The translations under genes and the position numbers were made by a program. This document shows positions 1 to 7,173 of a DNA stretch of 64,000 nt, one piece after another. The DNA is from an uncultured Ignavibacteriaceae bacterium. GTDB lineage: Bacteria; Bacteroidota; Ignavibacteria; Ignavibacteriales; Ignavibacteriaceae. The notes beneath the pieces were generated by a model. That model saw only the letters and a list, made by a program, of their open reading frames with translations. It was not told the DNA's origin and did not search any database. Numbering within the stretch: position 1 is the first letter of the stretch; the number at the start of each line of letters is the position of its first letter. The stretch covers positions 254,421 through 318,420 of the forward strand of contig CAWDGX010000001.1 in assembly GCA_963802005.1 (NCBI GenBank). The letters are read 5' to 3'.

Positions 1-956
1 GTCGAATAAGCAAGAACTTTTTTAATATCATTTTGAACAAGTCCAATAGTTGCAGCAAAGAATGCAGTGAAGACTCCAATAACAGCAACAACCATCATTG
101 CTGCTGGAGCCGAAGCATAAATAATACTGCAACGTGCGACCATATAAACACCGGCAGTAACCATTGTTGCAGCATGGATGAGTGCTGATACAGGAGTTGG
201 ACCAGCCATTGCATCAGGAAGCCAAACTAATAGCGGAATCTGTGCAGATTTGCCAGTTGCACCAATGAATAAAAAGATTGCAATCAGAACGAAAATATGT
301 TCCGGCACATTGAATGAAACTGCACGGGAAAATACATCAGTGAAAATAAGTGTTCCGAAAGTCGAATAAATTAAAAACATTCCGAGAAGAAATCCAAAGT
401 CACCAATTCTATTAACGACAAAAGCTTTTAAGCCAGCACCAGAAGTTGTACTCTTTTCAAATTTTCTATCATACCAAAATCCAATGAGCAAGTATGAACA
501 CAAACCAACACCTTCCCAACCAAGGAAGAGTAGAAGAAAATTATCAGCAAGCACAAGATTCATCATTGCAAAGATGAAGAGATTGAGATAAGTGAAAAAT
601 CTCCAGAAGCTTTTATCACCATGCATATAACCGATTGAGTAAACATGGATTAAAAATCCGACTCCGGTTACAATTAATGACATTACAAGAGATAACTGAT
701 CAACTTGATAGGAAAAACTTATATTCAACCCTGCAACATCGATCCATTGAAATAGGGTTACAATAGTTAGTCTGTGATCTGCCGGAAGCGCAAGTGTCTC
801 AAAGAAGGCTCCGACAGCTACAATGAATGATAATCCGATAGTACTGCTTCCAATAATTCCTATCAGTTTTTCATTTTTTATTTTCGGACCAAGTAATCCA
901 TTAAAAAGAAAACCGAGCAACGGAAAAAGTACTGTGAGATAAATTAAATTAATCAT
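1..956 (-). CDS. nuoL: NADH-quinone oxidoreductase subunit L, N-terminal part (gene runs off the window at position 1)
   Basis: Absent from the ORF track because the window edge truncates it. Manual minus-strand translation from the ATG at 956-954 gives MINLIYLTVLFPLLGF...GWEGVGLCSYLLIGFWY...GKSAQIPLLVWLPDAMAGPTPVSALIHAATMVTAGVYM...DIKKVLAYST, the conserved NuoL/ND5 core. It lies directly downstream of nuoJ-nuoK. Confidence 0.85.
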   Translation of the reverse strand, partial: MINLIYLTVLFPLLGFLFNGLLGPKIKNEKLIGIIGSSTIGLSFIVAVGAFFETLALPADHRLTIVTLFQWIDVAGLNISFSYQVDQLSLVMSLIVTGVGFLIHVYSIGYMHGDKSFWRFFTYLNLFIFAMMNLVLADNFLLLFLGWEGVGLCSYLLIGFWYDRKFEKSTTSGAGLKAFVVNRIGDFGFLLGMFLIYSTFGTLIFTDVFSRAVSFNVPEHIFVLIAIFLFIGATGKSAQIPLLVWLPDAMAGPTPVSALIHAATMVTAGVYMVARCSIIYASAPAAMMVVAVIGVFTAFFAATIGLVQNDIKKVLAYS

Positions 957-966
957 CGTAATAGGA

Positions 967-1272
967 TTACCACTTTAGAATATTTATTTCGTCAATATTA
1001 ACTGTTAGCTTATTTCTGAATATGGCTATAATTATTGCCAATCCAACGGCTGCTTCTGCTGCGGCTACTGCCATCACAAAGAATACAAATAGCTGACCTG
1101 CAACATCACCTAAGTAGGATGAATATGTAATTAAAGTAAGATTTGCTGAGTTTAGCATCAATTCAATACACATAAAAACCACGATAGCGTTTCTGCGAGT
1201 TAGAACACCGACTATTCCAACAGAAAACATAAATGCACTTAAAATCAGGTAATATTCAATTGGTATCTGCAT
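967..1272 (-). CDS. nuoK: NADH-quinone oxidoreductase subunit K
   Basis: 101-aa, three-TM ORF ([45 protein letters not shown]...), typical of NuoK/ND4L. It sits between nuoJ and nuoL with gaps of 3 and 10 bp. Confidence 0.9.
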   Translation of the reverse strand: MQIPIEYYLILSAFMFSVGIVGVLTRRNAIVVFMCIELMLNSANLTLITYSSYLGDVAGQLFVFFVMAVAAAEAAVGLAIIIAIFRNKLTVNIDEINILKW

Positions 1273-1275
1273 AAC

Positions 1276-1791
1276 TCATTCAAATTTCTTTTTTGCCATA
1301 ACCATCGCACCAATTGTTGCTGCAAGCAAAAGATAACCTGCAGCTTCAAATGGTAAGATGTAATTTGTAAACATTTCCCTTCCAATATTTTCAATTGTTC
1401 CGGTTTGAATACTTCTGCTAACTTCTGATGTAATTGAGTCGGATGGATTAGAAAGAAAAATCATATAAACAATCTGCACGAGAACTAACGCAACAATCGA
1501 AATTATAAAAATTCGGAGCTTCCTTTTTTCTTCAAAAAATCTTTTTTCTTTTTCTGGATTTAACAGCATTATTACAAATAGGAAAAAGACCATTATCGCA
1601 CCAGCATAAACGATCACCTGTGCAACAGCAATAAACTGTGCATTAAGGGTTAAATACAAACCTGCCAGCGACGCAAAATTAAGAACAAGGAATAAAGCAG
1701 AGATCACAGGATTGGGACGAGTAATCATCAGCACTGCAGAAACTGCACAGATAGTAGCGAAAAGTGTAAAGAGAACTAATTCTAAGGTCAT
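1276..1791 (-). CDS. nuoJ: NADH-quinone oxidoreductase subunit J
   Basis: 171-aa hydrophobic ORF with a NuoJ/ND6-like core (LNAQFIAVAQVIVYAGAIMVFFLFVIMLL), in the expected J-K-L order. Confidence 0.85.
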   Translation of the reverse strand: MTLELVLFTLFATICAVSAVLMITRPNPVISALFLVLNFASLAGLYLTLNAQFIAVAQVIVYAGAIMVFFLFVIMLLNPEKEKRFFEEKRKLRIFIISIVALVLVQIVYMIFLSNPSDSITSEVSRSIQTGTIENIGREMFTNYILPFEAAGYLLLAATIGAMVMAKKKFE

Positions 1792-1849
1792 TGTCCCTTC
1801 AATGGAAGATGGTTGATGTATGAAGGAAGATGTTATTTAACATTTTCAG

Positions 1850-2227
1850 TCAATTCTGCTTATTTAAATTTTGTTGTGCTGTTAATTTAATCGAAGTAAA
1901 AATCTTTTTAAAGTCAAAACTCTCTTTTAATAAAGATTTAAAATCTGAATTCTTAAATTCATCTTTCAAAATTGCATCAAGGACTCTTAACCAGTAATTA
2001 CTTTCTCGTGACTCTTTCAGAACGATTCCAATCTTATGAATGAAATCTTTCGATGATTCCGCCCCCTGAGCTTCTTCATAGTTAGAACCGATCGAAGTTG
2101 ATGCTTTAGCTAATTGAAAAGTTATTACAGCATTTACTTTAGTTTTAGGCAAAGATTCAAGAAACAACAAACAACTTACTCCAAATTCAAAAGTTCTATT
2201 TAATAACTCTTCAGTCTTCGGATTCAT
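1850..2227 (-). CDS. four-helix-bundle protein (TIGR02436, 23S rRNA intervening-sequence protein family)
   Basis: 125-aa ORF with the family hallmarks ...QLAKASTSIGSNYEEAQGAESSKDFIHKIGIVLKESRESNYWLRVL... It is flanked by purine/pyrimidine-rich inverted repeats (see findings). Confidence 0.8.
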   Translation of the reverse strand: MNPKTEELLNRTFEFGVSCLLFLESLPKTKVNAVITFQLAKASTSIGSNYEEAQGAESSKDFIHKIGIVLKESRESNYWLRVLDAILKDEFKNSDFKSLLKESFDFKKIFTSIKLTAQQNLNKQN

Positions 2228-2315
2228 CTTTGCAAATATAAAATTTTAAAAATAACACTATCCGTATTCCATTTTCCATCATCCCTCTTCCCTCATCCAT
2301 CATCCATCATCCATC

Positions 2316-3611
2316 CTAAGGAGTATTTCTATAAATCATTCTTGGAAACGGAATTGCTTCTCTTAAATGATCGAGTCCACAAATCCAACTGACGGTTCTT
2401 TCTAATCCAATACCAAATCCAGCGTGAGGAACAGTTCCATATCTTCTTAAATCAAGATACCACTCAAATACTTCCTGCGGAAGATTGTGTTCTTTTATTC
2501 TGCTGAGCAATTCATCGATACTATCTTCTCTTTGACTTCCACCGATTATTTCACCATAACCCTCTGGTGCAAGTACATCAACCGCTAAAGCTACTTTTGG
2601 ATTTTCAGGATCGCGTTTCATATAAAACGCTTTTACTTCAGATGGATAACGATGAACCATAACTGGTTTATCAAATTGCTCAACTATAATCTTTTCATCC
2701 GGTGCACCGAAATCATTTCCCCATTCGAAGTTGACTCCATTCTTTTTCAAAATTTCAACTGCTTCATCATAACTAATTCTTGGAAACGGTCGAATAACTT
2801 TTTCTAATTTTGAAGTATCGCGTTCTAGTATTTTCAGTTCCTCTGCTCTCTCCTTCAAAACTGTTTGAACAATATACTCAAGCATTTCTTCAGCAAGATT
2901 CATATCATCATTCAAATCAGCAAAAGCAACTTCAGGCTCGCACATCCAGAATTCTGTGAGATGTCTTTTCGTTTTTGATTTTTCCGCTCTGAAAGTTGGT
3001 CCAAAAGTATAAACTTTTCCGTGAGCCATTGCACCGGCTTCTGCGTAAAGCTGCCCTGATTGAGTTAAATACGCATTGCCCAAATCAAAGTACGGAGTTT
3101 CAAATAAAGTTGATGTTCCTTCAACAGCATTTGGAGTTAAAATTGGTGGATCCATTAAAACAAAATCACGTTCATCAAAAAAATCTCTGATTGCTTTAAT
3201 TATTCGATGGCGAATTCTGAGTATTGCAACTTGTTTTTTTGAGCGAAGCCAAAGATGTCTGTGGTCTAATAAAAACTCAATGCCATGTTCCTTTGGCGAA
3301 ATCGGGTAATCCTGAGCGTTCTGAATAACTTTCAAACCGGTTGCATCAATTTCAAATCCGCCAACTTGTCTGGGATCTTCTTTTACTTTACCGGTAACTT
3401 CAATCGATGATTCCTGACCAATTTTATCTGCTAATTCAAATTGCTCTTCAGAAAGATTTCCTTTGAAGAAAACACACTGCACATATCCGGTTCCATCTCT
3501 TAAGATTAAAAACCTGATTTTACCACTTGAACGTTTATTGAAGAGCCAACCGCGAAGTGTTACTTCTTTCCCTACGTGCTCTTTTAATTTATTAATAAAG
3601 ATATTCTGCAT
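2316..3611 (-). CDS. asnS: asparagine--tRNA ligase (short, Thermus/archaeal-type class IIb)
   Basis: 431-aa ORF. The class II motifs [24 protein letters not shown] and [27 protein letters not shown] match AsnRS better than AspRS. Confidence 0.88.
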   Translation of the reverse strand: MQNIFINKLKEHVGKEVTLRGWLFNKRSSGKIRFLILRDGTGYVQCVFFKGNLSEEQFELADKIGQESSIEVTGKVKEDPRQVGGFEIDATGLKVIQNAQDYPISPKEHGIEFLLDHRHLWLRSKKQVAILRIRHRIIKAIRDFFDERDFVLMDPPILTPNAVEGTSTLFETPYFDLGNAYLTQSGQLYAEAGAMAHGKVYTFGPTFRAEKSKTKRHLTEFWMCEPEVAFADLNDDMNLAEEMLEYIVQTVLKERAEELKILERDTSKLEKVIRPFPRISYDEAVEILKKNGVNFEWGNDFGAPDEKIIVEQFDKPVMVHRYPSEVKAFYMKRDPENPKVALAVDVLAPEGYGEIIGGSQREDSIDELLSRIKEHNLPQEVFEWYLDLRRYGTVPHAGFGIGLERTVSWICGLDHLREAIPFPRMIYRNTP

Positions 3612-3789
3612 TCGCTGATATTTTTCTTGTAAAAATTGAAGCCAAATATAAATATTTTTTTTGATTTGAGAGCTAAATGCACACTTTAATTTAATGTTGA
3701 TGTGAACAACTATTTTTGACTTCCCTTTCTCGACATTCTCATTTTAATTTTTTATGTTTCAGCTAAGTTTAATTTTAACGGGGTAAAAA

Positions 3790-5328
3790 ATGCGAACCCT
3801 TAAAATATCTCTCTTCGTTTTTATTCTTTCTATAACTATATCCGCGCAATGGTATCAACAAAATAGCGGAACCGGAACTAGTTTATATACTGTTTCGTTT
3901 TCTGATGAAGATCATGGATGGGCTGGTGGTAACTCTAATACAATTCTTAGGACAACAAATGGTGGAACGAACTGGATTGTTCAAACTAGTTCAATGTATT
4001 TAGAATTTATTTCAGATATTCAATCACTGAATGTTAATGTTGGAAAAGCTGTTGTTTGTGGTGATGTTAGCAGTAACGTAGTGGGAACAACAGACGGTGG
4101 TATTAATTGGTGGCAACTGTCATCTTTTAATAATTGGCAATTTAGTTTGTTTTTTGTTAATCCAAATATTGGATGGACCGTTGGAGATTACGGTACCATA
4201 TACAAGACTACAAATGGTGGTTTTAATTGGGTTAGTCAGAATAGTAATAGCAGTGCAACATTTAGAGATGTTTTTTTTATTGACGAAAATATCGGGATTG
4301 CAGTTGGCCAGAGTGGAACAATTCGAAGGACAACAGATGGTGGACAGAATTGGACTACACAAATAAGCGGAACAATCTCCTATCTCTTAAGTGTTTCTTT
4401 TATTGATGCAAATAGCGGCTGGATCGCTACGATTGATGGAACTATACTTAGAACTACAAATGGAGGTATTGATTGGACTTTACAATCAATTGGATCGACT
4501 GTTTCTCTTCGTAGCATATGTTTTAAGGATTTGAATAATGGAACGGTAGTTGGACTATATGGAAAAATATTTAAGACCACAAATGGTGGGGTAAACTGGT
4601 TCGAGCAGTCTAGTGGAACAACATCGAATTTGCAGTGTGTTTCATTTCTTGATTCTTTAGTCGGTACCACTGTTGGTGATAATGGAATTATCCTTCATAC
4701 AATGAACGGTGGGACGCCTGTTGAATTAACTTCCTTCACAGCGGCATTTTTAGAAAACGAAAATTCCGTAGAATTAAAATGGTCCACTGCAACAGAGACC
4801 AACAACTCCGGATTTGAGATTCTTCGTTTCACTCAGAATGACGAAGGATGGAATAAAATAGGATTTGTCCCTGGTCTCGGAACAACAGCAGAAACACAGC
4901 ATTACTCACTTACGGATAATGATGTTATGTTGGGAAAATTTCAATACAAATTAAAACAAATAGATTATGACGGCACGTTTGAGTATTCTCAAATAGTTGA
5001 AGTAGAAGTTCCATTCGTTAATGAGTTTTCACTCTACCAAAACTACCCCAACCCGTTTAACCCAACAACAAAAATAAAATACAGCATTCCAACTGTCGCT
5101 CTTCGACCTGCCTTGCCGGCAGGCAGGCAAGCTCAGAGTGACATCAAAGCCACATTAAAAGTTTACGATTTGCTTGGAAGAGAAGTTGCAACACTCGTTA
5201 ACGAAGAAAAACCAGCCGGAGAATATGAAGTTGAATTTGTCGCTTCTTCACTTGCTTCCGGGATGTATTTGTATAAACTGCAAGCAGGTAGTTTCGTTCA
5301 AACTAAGAAAATGATCCTCCTCCGATAA
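3790..5328 (+). CDS. secreted BNR/Ycf48-like beta-propeller repeat protein with T9SS C-terminal sorting domain
   Basis: 512-aa ORF with a signal peptide and about 7 repeats of the motif (R/K)TT(N/D)GGxNW. The C-terminus reads ...YQNYPNPFNPTTKIKYSIP...LKVYDLLGREVATLVNEEK...TKKMILLR (TIGR04183-type). Confidence 0.8.
   Translation: MRTLKISLFVFILSITISAQWYQQNSGTGTSLYTVSFSDEDHGWAGGNSNTILRTTNGGTNWIVQTSSMYLEFISDIQSLNVNVGKAVVCGDVSSNVVGTTDGGINWWQLSSFNNWQFSLFFVNPNIGWTVGDYGTIYKTTNGGFNWVSQNSNSSATFRDVFFIDENIGIAVGQSGTIRRTTDGGQNWTTQISGTISYLLSVSFIDANSGWIATIDGTILRTTNGGIDWTLQSIGSTVSLRSICFKDLNNGTVVGLYGKIFKTTNGGVNWFEQSSGTTSNLQCVSFLDSLVGTTVGDNGIILHTMNGGTPVELTSFTAAFLENENSVELKWSTATETNNSGFEILRFTQNDEGWNKIGFVPGLGTTAETQHYSLTDNDVMLGKFQYKLKQIDYDGTFEYSQIVEVEVPFVNEFSLYQNYPNPFNPTTKIKYSIPTVALRPALPAGRQAQSDIKATLKVYDLLGREVATLVNEEKPAGEYEVEFVASSLASGMYLYKLQAGSFVQTKKMILLR
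5095..5142. repeat. 48-bp palindromic REP/MITE-like element inserted in frame inside the T9SS sorting domain
   Basis: Sequence is GTCGCTCTTCGAC-[CTGCCTTGCCGGCAGGCAGGC]-AAGCTCAGAGTGAC. The outer arms match the elements at 5386-5412 and 5425-5453, and the centre is a nested GC-rich palindrome. It adds the peptide VALRPALPAGRQAQSD, which the other CTDs in this window lack. Confidence 0.7.
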
Positions 5329-5360
5329 TCCCGCCAAAGTCGGGATTGGAGGACAGGTTT
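5318..5360 (+). terminator. stem-loop overlapping the stop codon; possible intrinsic terminator
   Basis: TCCTCC-gat-AATCCCG-ccaaagt-CGGGATT-GGAGGA, followed by cagg and only a short TTTT run. Confidence 0.4.
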
Positions 5361-5385
5361 TGATGAAGTGATGTGTTTGATAACT

Positions 5386-5412
5386 GTCACACTGAGTTTA
5401 TCGAAGTGTGAC
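5386..5412. repeat. 27-bp palindromic REP-like element (copy A)
   Basis: GTCACACTGAGTTTATCGAAGTGTGAC: 7-bp arms GTCACAC/GTGTGAC around a 13-nt loop. Confidence 0.7.
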
Positions 5413-5424
5413 GAAAGAATAAAA

Positions 5425-5453
5425 TGTCAGTCTTCGACAAGCTCAGACTGACA
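5425..5453. repeat. 29-bp palindromic REP-like element (copy B, opposite orientation to copy A)
   Basis: TGTCAGTCTTCGACAAGCTCAGACTGACA. Its reverse complement, GTCAGTCTGAGCTTGTCGAAGACTGAC, aligns with copy A. It is followed by CTTGTCGGCAGG, which resembles the nested palindrome at 5107-5127. Confidence 0.7.
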
Positions 5454-5545
5454 GATGCTTGTCGGCAGGATTTTTCATAATTCGCTTCAACATTTTTATA
5501 TTTCCAACAATGATTATCAACACAATTAAATCTAAGGATTAAAAT

Positions 5546-7152
5546 ATGTTCAGAATATTTTTACCGATTGCTCTAATCTTTATTTATATAACTGCTTATG
5601 CGCAAAACCCACAAACTAGTAATAACAACAAACCCGATTGGGAAGGCGGTTACCCCGATGGCTGTACAACTGTTGCAGTTGGTAAGCTGGCAACTTTTGA
5701 TGGTTCATCAATGACTTCACATACGGATGACAGTCACCGAACCAGAAGCAACCTTGATATTGTTCCTCCAATGCAGCACGAAAATAATGAGCAAGTAACT
5801 CTTTACAAAAGAGAGAACGATGACACACAAAAAATGCCTGCATATAAAAAAGTCCCCACAGGAAAAATTCCTCAGATTGAATATACTAATGGTTATATCA
5901 ATACAGCCTATCCTTGCATCAACGATCAACAAGTTGCAATCGGTGAAACAACATTCGGGGGAAGAGAAGAATTAAAATCAGATGCAGGATTAATTGATTG
6001 CCAGCGTTTGTGTATGCTAATGCTTGAAAGAGGAAAAACAGCGCGGGAAGCAATAGAAATTGCAGGGGAACTATTAGAAGAATATGGATGGATTGATTAT
6101 GGTGAAATGCTGACTATCGCTGATCCGAACGAAGTCTGGGTGATTGAAATTCTTGGCGCCGGAAAAGATAAAATTGGAGCAGTCTGGGCAGCACAGAGAG
6201 TTCCTGATGAGCATATTTTTGTTGGAGCTAATGGAAGTCGCATCAGACAAATTGATACCGAAAATCCAGATTACTTTATGTTTTCAAAAAATGTTTTTGA
6301 TGTAGCTAAAGAGAACGGTTGGTGGAAACCTGAAGATGGTCCGTTTGAATTTTGTTATGCTTACGCTAATAGAAATTCTTTTTCAACAAGGAGAAGAGAA
6401 TGGCGTGTGTTCGATTTAGTTGCTCCTTCATTAAAATTAAATCCGAATTCGGAAAATTTTCCATTCTCAGTTAAACCTGACAAAAAAATAACATTAGAAA
6501 AGATGGTGGAAATTTTCTCAGATTATTATGAAGGAACAGATTTCAATTTTGTAAAAGATTTAACTGTAACAAATGACAGTGGAATGACTGTTCTCTCCCC
6601 TCTTGCAAATCCTTTTATGCCTTATGATATGAACAAGCTTTTTAAAATAAACGGTGGCTGGGGATGGCGCGGCGAAAGAACAATTGCACGCTGGTATACA
6701 ATGTATGCTACAATAATTCAGTGCAGGAGCTGGCTCCCAAATGAAATTGGCGGACTTGTTTGGTTAGCCTGGGATAATGTTGCAACTTCAATCTATGCTC
6801 CTTTTTATGCTGGTATAACAACAGTGCACAGTAACTTCTTCAACTGATGGAAGAGTAACCGGCTTCTCCAAAAACTCAGCATGGTGGGCATTTAATCGAT
6901 TAAGTACTCTCGCTGCACAACGATGGGGAGATATGAGACACGATGTTAGAGATGTGTGGGATCCCTGGCAGGCTAGATTGTTTGCAAATCAAAAGGAGAT
7001 TGAAGCAGAAGCTATGGAGCTTTGGAAAAATAACAGAGAAAAAGCGAAGGAATTATTAACAGTATACTGTTTGGATATTACAAGCGGAGATTGTTGAGCA
7101 AGCCTGGGGATTAAGTGAATTACTATGGACAAAGTACGATGAACAGTTTTAG
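5546..7152 (+). CDS. C69-family dipeptidase, split over three frames by two apparent +1 shifts (~6840 and ~7093)
   Basis: ORF 5546..6847 has a signal peptide and the N-terminal nucleophile context GCTTVAVGKLATFDGSSMTSHTDD. The conserved C-terminus continues in frame +1 (STDGRVTGFSKNSAWWAFNRLSTLAAQRWGDMRHDVRDVWDPWQ...) up to the TGA at 7095-7097. It then continues in the next frame (VEQAWGLSELLWTKYDEQF*), ending at 7152. Confidence 0.75.
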
Positions 7153-7173
7153 CTGACACCTGAAAAATAATTT

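Noticed and set aside
4097-4670. Three overlapping 80-96-aa ORFs (4097..4366 +, 4120..4362 -, 4380..4670 -) inside the BNR-repeat gene
   Set aside because: They lie wholly within a well-supported 512-aa CDS and have no recognisable similarity. The same applies to 178..369, 2996..3309, 5616..5932, 7244..7561, 8976..9212, 9963..10248, 60416..61157 and other nested track ORFs.
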